Shown here piece by piece: positions 37,714 to 50,446 of a stretch of DNA of 64,000 bases. Numbering within the stretch: the stretch's first letter is position 1; the number at the start of each line of letters is the position of its first letter. The translations under genes and the position numbers were made by a program. Below the pieces are notes generated by a model. The model had not been told where the DNA came from. It saw nothing but the letters and a program-made list of their open reading frames with translations, and made no database searches. The stretch comes from Tubulanus polymorphus (taxonomy: Eukaryota > Animalia > Nemertea): NCBI RefSeq assembly GCF_964204645.1, contig NC_134026.1:22478150-22542149 (forward strand), written 5' to 3'.

Positions 37714-39677
37714 TTAACACATAGCTATGTACGGCTGAAGACGGAACAATAATTCGAGCAGGAACGAGCGATCCTCTTTCTTCAGCAGATCGAGCGGATG
37801 AGAATAGATCAGACGAGATCTGTAGGTTGGATTTAAAGGTTTCGCGGACATCACGTTAACCAGGTGTCGTTTTTCCATCAGTAATGTCGTTAGGCGAACC
37901 TATTCGAAAGAAGAATTTAAAATTAATACACGTATTCATAAACTCGCGAATTGCTGGACACTACTTCATTTTCAGATAGCATAGTAAAACTTAAATCAAG
38001 AATGTAATGGGAAATTCGACACTGTTTATTGCTGACCTTTGTGCCGTGAAGTACAAAGCCCATCATTATGTTTTGGTCGGGATTCGTGAAGCAAGAGAAT
38101 GGTAACTCGAGTAACAATTCGCCTGAATGTTGAGCTAACAGTTCTCTAGATATGGGCACATCGAAGTGGCTGAGACCGTGGGGAGTCTGTGCCATGGATG
38201 ACGAACTGATGAAGCTATCCCCAGCTCCGGACTCGTCTGGGGTACATTTAATGGACGATGTGTCGGCTTCAACGTTCGCATCCGAATCCCCTTCTTCATT
38301 CATATTAGCCACCTATATGATGTGAATATAAGAGTGAAGAATTTCTTCAACAATTAAATTTCTTTAGCAAAATAATAAGACCTAATTGCAGTTATTGTGA
38401 GAACCTCAGTTGGCCTGTGAATACCACCACAGCTCCATTATTTGGCCAATTCTGTGCAAGTCTTACCAAGTTTTTCCAACCTTACGCAAATATCACAGAT
38501 GTGTATACTTACGGTTGTGATAGCTGCTACAGTGAATTTCACATGGTTTCCATCATATTGTACGTATTTCTGGCTGTAACCTCGCATGCAAGGGGCTGAT
38601 CCGACGTCGTTTCCAAAGACCATCGCTTTTCTTTCAGTTTCATTTCCTGCCCTACGAAAAAGAGAGAAAAAACAATGGAGCATTTTTAATTCATGTCTTC
38701 ACTTTAGACAGAGAGGAAAATTTAAGTTCACACTTATACCTCAGAAATGAACTAACAATTCTAGTGAATTCTTTGAATAGACTAGCGCACACGGCACCGA
38801 TGTCCGTAGCCGATTTTCTGATTTCAAGAAATGTCTGAACTTCCCTCACGAAGTTTTTCATCAATTCGATTTTGCCCTTAAATCTGGAAAAGATTCAGAG
38901 AGATGCAAAACTGTTCTACGAATTTCAAGAAATAGACTGACTGCCGGTATTTTCTATGAAGCAAAAACTTCGTAATAATGAATTGACAAACTAAAAAGAC
39001 AAGAATTCACAATATTTTGAAGGACAACAAAATGTGCGTCCTGAGAGACGGTATAAATTCCTCACTGGACATTCAGACTGAAAAGAAACAATTCTTTGCC
39101 AGGGGCCGTAGACTACAAATCTTAGAGGGGTACCGTGCCCCTTTCGTTTCTGCTTGCACCCTTCTTAAGAATCTTGGCCTACATCGATTAGAAATTCCTT
39201 GTAGAATCCTTCTTCACTTGGAACTAACTGAATTTTGTTATAGGCCTTGTGAGTTTTTGTTAGAAACAGCAGGTCTTTAATGACACAAGACACAAACTTC
39301 GTTAACTCTTCGCTATCCTTTTCTTGAATCCTGACCAGTTCTTCAAGTTGCATTTGAAGCTTCTTCATAGCGTACGTCGACGTTTCGTTTTCGGCATCGA
39401 CGTTGAAATAAAGCCGTTTCATTATGAACCTGTGTTCGGCGCGTTCATCGGGTTGAATTTCAGCCACCTCGGCCATGTGTAGAACGTAGAACGCATCGTG
39501 CGGTCCTTCGGGTTCGATTTGCAGCGCTTCCCGGGCGCTGTCAGTCCATTCTCGCGTGTCCGACGGCAGCTCGGGCAGTTCAAGCTCGTTCGTTCGACTA
39601 CAGGGAAACGAACAAAACTCTTTTTCGCTTTGGATGAGACTCTGATCGCAACTCGTTGTAGTAGCGACATCCATCAC
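37714..39677 (-). CDS. Uncharacterised multi-exon protein (~6 exons), no recognised domain
   Basis: Exons ~39229-39677, 39013-39065, 38740-38883, 38508-38651, 38037-38312 and 37714-37899 join in frame via GT-AG, ending LFRLQPYIAMC*. Confidence 0.65.
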
Positions 39678-40803
39678 GACACGGTCTATTTGACGTGTTT
39701 GTAAAACACGTGCTTTTACTCCGGGCTTGGTTGAATTTACCGCGCGTAACAGGTGGCAGCACCAATATACAATATAAATACAAATAAACTATATTCGTCC
39801 GTAATTCATGTAACAATATCGGAATACGGGGCCACACGTCATTAGATCAATGAGAATTGAATATGAAAACTTGGTCTTCCTAGGACATGTGCCGGGCCGA
39901 CGTTAATACCCTTCCGACCCAGTCCCCACGACACAACTATCGGGCACAGTCAACAAAAAAAGTTTTTACGGTTTTTAAGGCACCGGGACACTGCGACTGG
40001 GCTCAAGAATTTACGTATCAGGCCTTGTGTACCAGCGCAGTAGAGTATGTCGTAGTCTTTAGTCAATGAATAGGAGATTAACGTACCGACAGTGTCACGG
40101 TACACCGTCAATTTTTATTGGGGTGGCCATTTAAAAATCGAAACCGTCTGTAAGATCATGTAAATCAGTAAAAACGTATTTCTAGTGGGGAATGATTTGA
40201 TTTCCGGAACACAAAAAAATCATCCGATGGGATGCAATTAATGCGAAGCGGACCCGTAGCACGGTAACGGGCCTGCATACGGTAACATCAGACACAAGGT
40301 TCTTGAGTCGAGAAGATACACAATATCCGTGTAAGATGAATAACGAGAAAATCCCACAATAGATTCAACCAAAAAAGAAAAGTTCTACAGTGAAATTGAT
40401 ATATTTCAGCAACGTTCGAAATACTATTAGCCATCATCAGGCGTTACTAAGGTTCGGATTGGTAGTTGGTATTTGGATGGCAACGCCCTTCAAAAAGCTG
40501 TATTAGCGCACTAATCATATTAGGCCACAGGGCCCACGTGGGAGCTTCCAAGATCAAAATATCATTAGCTATGTCTCCAGATGGGAATATGGCCGCGGTT
40601 ACCTAACAACAGCATGTCAAACGAAGATGATTTATAGTAGAATGGTACTATCGACTAACTGACGTGCATAATACGACTATATCAAAGGTTGACAACAATG
40701 TTGTATATAGTGCATAGTGATGTCTGTGTGTAATTAAATCACCACTCAATAGATCGAAGTATGCCCATATGACCAGTGGCCAGTTGCATACGCTCTGCGA
40801 ATA

Positions 40804-42481
40804 ATGCATCCGAAAACACATATCTTGATACTCAATATGATTACATCTTTTTATGAAATAACATGTTCAAAATCGGGTGAGTAATAGTCCTTCGTTGATT
40901 AGTGTTAACTATTCGTGCTACAAGAAATATTGCACCTTTCTTCAAAATTCGGAATTTCTACGCAGTTTTTTCGTGTAAATTCCGAAATGGGACTCTTTGC
41001 GATGGTTGGCGGTTGATGTCTCCCGGTGCATCGATGTGGCAACTGTGGGAAGTAAGTTGGAGCAAACGAGTGATTTTAGGTGGAACTCCACCAATTCGAC
41101 ACGGTTAACATCGGCCGATTAATAGAAAACTTGTAGGAAACTCACAATTATCTGATCAAATAATATTTTGCCAATTCTGAAGGCAAGTTGTTGCCCGAAA
41201 GGAGAGGACCACGCAGTTTACAACTTAGACGCGTTGATTTCAAACAGAAAAAAATAAACCAGCACATTGTTCTAGATCGTCTGGTATAATCTAAACTGCT
41301 TGTTAAATATGATCTTATTTTAAGGACAAAGAGAATAACGGAGCCGCTGTGCTGTCAACTGGGGCCAGGAAATACTCCGGAACTATTGCATCGCCATATG
41401 TAATCGAAAATCTAGCCCATATGAAATGCGTATCGGTCAACTATTCCGTCAAGTACGAAAATAACAAGAAATACACAATAGAACTTAAAGCATATTTTAA
41501 AAGCGCTAAAGCCTCTGGACGCTCGGTAGCTGCCTTTTCCGAAGAAATCAAGGGCACCGGGTCATCGAATAAAAAATTGACGTGGAAAACCGTCAAAAAG
41601 AAACTTTCAACTGCTGATTTTTATAAGAATGTTTTAAAGGTAATCATTAGACACATTTGTATTGAATTATTTTATTGACAAAAAACAAATATGCTGAGAA
41701 TGAATGTACCTCCCATCAGATACCACGTTTGATGTTGAATAATGAAGTTCTGATATGCATATTATATATAAATAGATATATGTTTGATTAAATTTCTTGT
41801 ATATATCATAATCTAACAGAGACTGGAGTTAGATATTAATTGGACAAACCAGAAGCGAATTGGGCATTTCTTAGTATTCGAAATCAACGTATACAACCAA
41901 ACAGCACCATGTGATACCGAGAGTAAGTTGATAGTGATTTATTGTGGAATTCTATTTGATTTCACATCCTGACAGTACATCTTACTTTGTGTTTTATGAA
42001 CAGGAGACAATCGACCAGAAAACAATGCACCAATCTTTATTGGTAAGACATATCGAATTTTCTAACAGAAAAACCACTGAGATTTACGATCGAAATCGTT
42101 GTTAATGGTACGTGATATTTCTTTTTTTCGTACATAGGAATAGCGTTTGCCGTCACCGCCGTACTTTACATAGGGCGTCGAAAAATGAAGCGTCGTAATG
42201 GCGTGAGAGCGAACAACCCGGCACAACCACAGACCCCTAATCCAGCGCAGGTTGCAAGAACACTGCAGCCAACTTCGGGTGCACGGCGTCCAATCACTCA
42301 ATCACCCTCTATAGCTGTCATTCCTTGCTCCCTACAATCAGCAGCACCGCCTCCAGCGTACGAATCGTTAGATTTTCTTCCGAATACTGTCGCCGATTTG
42401 CTGCCAAATTATGAAGAAGTTATGCGCGCGATAGACGACAAAGATCTCCCTAAACAAACCACATGTACCGAACATAGATGA
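40804..42481 (+). CDS. Type I membrane protein: divergent MAM-like ectodomain, TM helix, cytoplasmic PPxY/LPxY motifs
   Basis: Spliced: FSCKFRNGTLCDGWRL..WQLW / TIASPY..KCVSVNY..LTWKTV / GHFLVFEINVYNQTAPC (MAM pattern); APIFIGIAFAVTAVLYIGRRKMKRR (TM plus basic stop-transfer); PPPAYESL and LPNYEEV. Confidence 0.7.
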
Positions 42482-42720
42482 TGATAACACACGATCATCA
42501 AATCCCACCATGAAATATCGTGTAAAAACACACATTTTTGATACTATTTAAGTCTGTATATATAGTAACTTAGTTGTTGACGTTGAGTTTTCGATATGAT
42601 AAGCGCTTCATCGAGAGACCGTAAAATTACTAGTTTTATGCGTAAGCCAATCATTTTGCTCGTATCCCTTGGCGAATGGGTAATATTTGGCAAATAAACA
42701 GTGCGCGGGTTCTTATTCCT

Positions 42721-43610
42721 TCACATCAGGGCCGGACAGTTGTACAATCTTGCAGGTGCAAATTGGACGACCGTTGATTTGTACTTTCTTAATTGAATGG
42801 CCATAACATAAGGCGGGCAGCCGGTGTAAGTGTAAACACATTCGGCGACTTCATCGGCGAAACTATAACAAAAATACATAACAGAACATGTATTTAATCG
42901 GTATATTACACATCATTAAGATATCATGAAGTATCGTGATCTAAATATATCTACGTTAAGATAATTTCTATAGGGATTGCATATATTTAGTCATTTTCAA
43001 AATATCTAAGTATCGAGTGTATATAATATTCTTTGCACAAACAAGCTAGATAAAATCAGTATGACATGCGCTTATTTGTACGAAACTTACCCACAAAGGA
43101 TGGTCATGTCAGTGACGTCCATGTATTTTGGAATTTCGTTAAAATACCGAGAGCACGACCCAAACATCATTAGGTTAACGAAAAGAAATGCATTATTTAA
43201 ATATCCTTGGCAAACTGACATAGGTGGATAAACTTTCTCAACTGTTTTGGTCGTAGTAGGTTTGTTTCGCGTGGAAGTTGGTGAAATTTTTGTTTGTTCT
43301 GTAGTTTCTTTAGGAGTAACCACTGTGGACGAAGATATTGCTTTCGACGGTGAAATTGTTGTATCACGAGATGAAGGATGCATTTTCCGAGTACTCGAAT
43401 TATCTAAGTATCTAGTAATCGTTGAAATAAATGTATGGACTAATGGAGTTATCGAAGATCTTTTCATTTTTTCATGCGACGTTGTTGATTTCAGTTTATG
43501 TGAAAAGGTTGTGGGTTCAAATGATGATGTCATCTGTTTAACCGACATTAAAGGTACCGTAAACACAGACGCCGTTTGCTCTTTTGAAGGCCGAAGTGTG
43601 AAAGGTCTCG

Positions 43611-43668
<58 letters not shown>

Positions 43669-46557
43669 GGGAGACAAGGTTGACTTAGGTATACCGGTCG
43701 TTTTTCCACCAGTAGCTGTTTTCTCAGTTGTTGTAGCAATTTTTGTTGTTTGGAATGTTAATGATGGCTTTCTAGGTGGTATGGTAGCTGTGGAGGTTTT
43801 TCGATCCGAACCAGTTACCGAAAGAGTTGTATCAATATGTGTAACTTCTTTTACACTATTTGATATTGACGATTGTCCTAAACCATATGAAGTAGGCAAT
43901 GGTGAAAAGATAGTTTGCGTGTTGCTGGTGGATGTTGGCATATCTGAAGTACGCAGTGTATAAGAGGAGGTTGTAATCGTTTTAGTGACAGGTGATGGCG
44001 AAGAAGCGAATGCTGTAAGCATTTTGCTGCTGGAAGATGTCGGTCTATATGAAGTAGGCAATAGAGAAGATGTTTTCGGTCTACTTGTAGGTTTAGGCCT
44101 CTTGGATGTAGGTAATGGTAAAAAGGTGGTTTGTGTTTTACTGATAGGTGTTGGTATATCTGAAGTAGGCAATGACGGAAAGGTTGTTTGTTTGATCCTA
44201 CTGGTAAGTGTTGGTTGGTACGAAGATGGTGGCTTAGGTGTACCTGTACGTGATGTGTGCATCACCTTTGATGTAAACCTTACTGTAGATGATTTAGGCA
44301 CGCTTATCTTTATTGCTGATCTTGTGTTTCGCATTGTAGTCGTTTCATTCTGTGAAAAAGATGAACGCTTAGGAATGGTTGCGAATGACGTCTGTCGAGG
44401 TCTAAGTGAGCTGTAAGATATCCCAGTAAAGGTTTTGACTGTTGGGATTTTGGGACTGGATGTTTTGAATATCATTGAAGATTGCTGTGGAACCTTTGAG
44501 GTTAAAGAAGGACTTGTCAGTTTTGTTGGCTGTGAAGTTCTTTGTGGTGACAATTCTGTAATAACTGCCGAACGCCAAGAAAAACTTGATGATTCTTTTG
44601 TAGATATTTGACTTGGACTCAGTGAAAACTTCTCAGAGGCAGTTGACGAAACTTCTATTAATGCGGAGGTGGTTTGTGATTTCGGCTTCACGGATGAGGG
44701 TTGACTCTGGAACATTGTAGTGTGCATCGATGGTGATGCAGATGAACTGGGAGTATGTTTAGGCGAATTTGCAGTGCTGGGTAGTGGTGTGACAGTCGAT
44801 GTTGGAAAAGAGGATATTGCTTGATCAGAAGTTGATGTAGAGGAAAGCGTTTTAGTTGCCATATCAGATTTTGTCGTTAATATACCGGTAGTTCGCTCAG
44901 TTGACACTGGACGTATTGTTGAAGTGGTCGTCACTTGGCGTGATATCGGAAATGGTGTCGAAACAGAGGATGTCGAGACAATTTTAGGCGACTGTGTTTG
45001 AATAGTCGATCCCATCTGCGTTGAGGTCGTAGTATATGTTTTTGCACCAATATATGACTTATTTGTTGAAGGATTACTTTCTGTTGTGCTGCTCATCTGC
45101 GACGACCTTTCTACATTAATCACATCTATAACGAAGCCATATAAAACACTTAGAACCTTAGATTACGCGCTCAGACGTATGTCATTTGAACTTTCTATTA
45201 CCTATAATTTGAATATTAGTGATACTGTATCCCATGACGTCGTTTGAATTGGCCAATACTGACATGATGGCATCCGTATCTGATGGTCGTATATTTCTCA
45301 TAGCGCTTATCATAAATTCCACTTTAACACTGCCTTCGCTGAAAATGAAACATAAATGATTCACAAGCAATGCAGATGGAGCACTTGTGGCTGTCGTCGT
45401 ATTGATGCTTTTGATCGAAATGTTGCTACCTGAAGTTTACAATGCGTGACGAATGGTAAAAAGACGAAACGTTTTTCGATGCTCGGTAGATTCTGTCCAG
45501 CTGAAAATGATGCACGTGATTCCATCATTAATGTGTTCCTTGGTGAACACGATATGGAATTCGAAATCTAGGAATAAGCTTCGAAATGTATTTTGTCTCG
45601 TTGATAATTGACAAACAAATACAAAATGAATGTAGAACGTCAACCTTCTTACCCTAGTTTCTAGTGATTCGGCTAGATTTCGGAATTCCTCACTTTCATC
45701 GTTTTCAAGCGCTCGCGTAAATTTCATCTTTGAAATCGTAAATGCCAATTTGACGTACGCAAAACTGGGAGCGATGGAAGTTTGACCTGGAATAAAACAG
45801 TGTTTTGGTTCTTAGTAGACATATCAAGAGATGAATGGCACATTAATTCATTAACTATCGGCACATTTTGTCTTACGTAGAACAGGTGTTCTGGAAACAT
45901 TGGAAGAATTGCGACCACTAGGTTTCCACAGTGCTGTGGGTGATAATAACCAGAAAGTATATTCTATTATATAAACGTAAGAAAATTCACACTTATAAAA
46001 GATCGCAGTTTTTGTACCTAAAACCATAAATACTGTCATCAGTGCAATGAAAGTGATCATCGCTAACAAAGAAATAACCGCACATCGTCGCCTTCTAAGA
46101 CACGGGATTTCTTCTTGTTTTTCAACTAAATCAACTAACAATAATGAAAGACATAAGGCATCAAACAATTGACTTCTCTCATTTCATTCTTGTTATATTG
46201 TTAATAGTTAACTCATTACCGTCAGGGGAAGATCGTTCGTCGTCGTCTGATCGCCGAAAACTCGATAATCTGCGAAAATTTATAATTGTGACCTCAAAAG
46301 AAAGAATAAAGTATTCATATAAAATTGATACTAGTTACTGGTTTGGTGGTTTGTTTACACATTCAAGTACACTTTTTGTATGCTGAAAATAAAAGAATAT
46401 TTGGAATAAGAGAGTGATTTATGAGATTTTGTATTGAAGAAAATCGACACCATCCAACCGGGAAGTCTCTCAAACACACGGAGTTATATACTGGTCCATG
46501 ATCTTGCTCCGTGCTGGTGGGAACAATAGGCCGCACCGCTATCCAATTCACTGTCAT
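42721..46557 (-). CDS. Type II transmembrane SEA-domain mucin-like protein with a long Ser/Thr/Pro stalk and small Cys-rich C-terminal domain
   Basis: RRRRCAVISLLAMITFIALMTVFMVLG signal-anchor; SEA pattern FTRALENDESEEFRNLAESLE...FSEGSVKVEF; ~2-kb S/T-rich exon 43090-45127 with poly-Thr; last exon 42721-42862. Confidence 0.8.
43610..43668. repeat. (GTT)n coding microsatellite = poly-Thr in the mucin
   Basis: Directly visible. Confidence 0.95.
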
Positions 46558-48761
46558 GACTAGATCAATCGGATTGAGGAAGGACGATTTTTAACATGGC
46601 TAGACCGGTTTCTGGTTATTTCTAACATTAATAGACAAATCAGGTCGCCATTACCATGTACGCTATCGGTGCCCTACTGTATTATTATTATGAAATCGGT
46701 TTAGTCGAAATTCTGAATTTCGATTCTAATTTCAGCTGAATTCAGTTATCTTTTCCCACAATCCATACGTATTCATATCTAAAATATATTCCTACTATAT
46801 TCAATATGGATGATCATTTAGGAGAAAGTTGGTAAGTTACGCCGAATACTTATCTGATACCTCAGAAGGAGCGCCGAAGGACAGAGTAATATCTTTAAGT
46901 TCCATTTTCTGATTGACGCGAAACGGTCTCGAAAAATAAAATCCCGCATAAGCTTTTAAGTGCTATGTGGCGTTGACGAATAATGATCTACAACGACAGT
47001 ATGCAGTATATTTATAGTCTTCAATGATATTTATGTATTTCTGGAATACCCGTGGCAGTTCTTTTCACGAATGAATTATAAATGGTACCGATACTTTCCT
47101 TAGGACCTGTATATACTTTCATGGTTTCTATTCTAAACGCTGTAAACCGGCCTGTAAAACTACTACGTTTTTTCATTGCCATACGTTCTAATTCAAAATC
47201 TACGTACCTATATTTTTCTTGAATTCCATCGTAGTTTGCATAAAAAGGGGGCGTATGATAGTGACGTGGCAATTGGGCGACGAGCGATTAGAATGACCGG
47301 TAAAAATGGAATCTCGTTCCGCAAAAAAGAATTTGCCTTTTGGGCTATTGACTCTCGTCCAAAGGACTGCGCTCATCCGACGATCGATATGTTTTCAGGT
47401 GTCAGCAGTCGACCAATTCGAATTAATTTTGCAGCTGAACTAAACGGACGCTTGCGTGCGAACATGAGAGATTTATATTTCATCATCCAGACGAGAGAAA
47501 GCATCATGCAACTGAACACGTCAGTAATTGTCTCTCATTAATTATTACGAAAATAAATTATTCTATCCATCGTGACTATGAAGTCTCGTCAACATTTTTA
47601 ACAATCAAATGACGACGTTATGTGATCTTGTTAAGCCTGGTTTCCACGGAAGCAAGCTGGAAACCGTTCATGAAAACCAGTTTTTAGGAAGGGACCGTCA
47701 TTGTCTTTCCTGAAGTAGGTAATTTTACCGTTTTTCTACCAATTTAGAGCAGCGGAATTGAAATTCCCTGGAATCCTTGGAACTTGGATTTGTATAGGCC
47801 CAGTGAACCAGGACGTAAACAATCTCGTGGCGATCTAAACAATCTTATTCAAACCCTGGTGGCGACAGAGTTTCTTGGTCAAAGGTTCATCTCTGGCCTC
47901 TCCACCGTTGGTAAAAAGAAACATCGAACCAGCTTATAATGCCCTGCGAGGCGCTTAGCGGGTTGAGGGTGTTTAAAAAACAATCTAGTGTCTTATTTGT
48001 ACCGTAATGTATACGACAATCGTATATGTATTTTCAAAACTCCAGTGAAACTCAACAACTGATCCTACGAAACAATAGATGCTGTATAACGTTTATTAGG
48101 CTTTGGCTATATAGAAGACTGGTATCATAACTTTAAGCCAGAGGCGAACTAAATTAATGTTTGATAATTGAGTTTATCGTCCTGAGTTAAAGTCTATAAA
48201 ACGCCTCTTTAAGTTAACATTATGACCAGTCTATGAAACCGGATCAACATGTCATAAAATGCTTATCTAACATAGTTTTGAAAGTTAATCAAAACTTCAC
48301 TAAGAAGACTTATATGGGTCGTCAAATTTCAGAGCAATTGCACTTTCCATTGGAATGATTCTACTTCAAGCTCTACATATCGAATCGATGTGATATTATC
48401 ATTTGTCCAAAGGAAATTCAAACATGGCACCATTGTCGAGTTACGTGTTGCCTGGAAACGTGGGACGCGCTGGAAGAGGTGGATGTAGCGTTGGTTGAGA
48501 CGAGCTAAAATAGTAATATCTCATAGCATACGTGTATTTCATATTCGTAGTGTGTGATGCCATAAAACTCATTAAACGATTGAGTTGCAGGACGTTTATG
48601 GTGTCAACTGAGCCAGAAAGCGCATATTAATCCGAAATATCACTCGTGGATGTTGTATCCTGTGTATGTATACTGCGAGGCAACGATACATAACCGGAGA
48701 ATCGTAGAATCTATAATTGATATAATGCTAAGGGCAATCATCAACATTTAGCGTGATTAAA

Positions 48762-50394
48762 ATGCCCGAACAAACGATGATAAACGGGGAGCTACAGGGA
48801 ATGAGCCAGTCGCCGCCTATGACCGGCAATAGTACGCCACGAACGCCCTCGATGGGCCCGAGAAGGGGTTCAATTCTGTCAAATCTAAGCGGAGCAAGCA
48901 AAAATTCGTACGGCTCATCAGTATCGTCGCGACCGGAGGTTGAAGTGATATTCGTGAAACCGTTGGACAAGAAATACGAATGTCCGGTCTGCTGTCAGGT
49001 CCTCAGATACCCGGTTCAATTTGAAGAATGTGGTCACCGATGCTGCTCATCTTGTTTACCCGAACTACTAAGGTAAGTTACAGTTACAACATTCCTAAAC
49101 CATCCAACCGAACTTAATTCCAAATATGGGTTTGAAATCTTGTGACTGAATTTTTAGATTGAATATGTCGGAATGAGATTAGTCCCGGTGATTGTAGGTC
49201 CGAGGACTAAAATGAAACGGAATATTTTAGAACGGAACTTTTGCTAGTGTGAATGCTTGGTCCGTTCTAAATTGGAACGTTAATGTACTAATAAAGTACA
49301 TCGAACGCGGCTAATTAAAACAACAATTAATAGTTCCGGTGTCATCGAGATATGTCCGTGAAAATGCGAATGTTTCTGGCAACAGCATTGATTAATACCA
49401 AGAATACATAACGAAGAAAGTGTATTTTTGTTGACATCATAAATGAAGTGAAGCACAACTCAATTTTAGCCAATATTAGATAAGTATCACGTTTCTACAC
49501 TTCCCACAATTCATCCCGCCAGATATGGTATCACGAGTACCTGGTCATATTAGGTCGTTATGCATGGCATTGAGTCAGCTGGGGCGAACTTCGGTTTTCG
49601 TAGGTAGTCGACTTGTGGTCTGAGCTAATTAACCGAACGCAATTTAGTTCGGTCGTAACGCACACATTGCCGGCCATCTTGGAACGGGGTCCCAACTACA
49701 GCGACTGTGCTCAATCCCGTGGTCGAGTATTTACGGACCATAGTTCCGACTAACATAGTTCGCTCCGATAACGGAAGTTCGCCTGGGCTTTTGGCCGAGC
49801 GGTCATTATGGAATGCGATAAACGAAAAAATCCCGAGCGCTGCGTCGGCATTAGATTTTTCAATGACAAAGTTTAGTATGACGAAGAAATTAAGTCGCAA
49901 TATTTCTTCGTTTTCTATAGTTAAGTCAGGTCAGGTTTTGGTTTCGAATCCAGGTTTCCCGGGTTTACAAACATCACTGAGGATTTCGATTATTTTTTCT
50001 CATTTAGTTATTGAAATTAATAATAATAATAATAATAATAATAACAATAATAATAATAATAATAATGATAATGATGATAATGATAACGATAACGATAACG
50101 ATAACGATAACGATAACGATAACGATAACGATAACGATAACTATAACTATAACGATGATAACGATGATAACGATGATAACGATAATAACGATAATAACGA
50201 TAATGACGATGATGACGATGATGACGATAATGATAATGATAACGATAACGATAACGATAACGATAATAATGATAACGATAATAATGATAACGATAACGAT
50301 AACGATAATAATGATAACGATAACGATAACGATAATAATGATAACGATAATAATGATAACGATAATAATGATAACGATAACGATAACGATAACG

Positions 50395-50446
<52 letters not shown>

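Noticed and set aside
43247-44416. Val-rich plus-strand ORFs and poly-Q ORF
   Set aside because: Antisense or alternative-frame shadows of the Thr-rich mucin exon.
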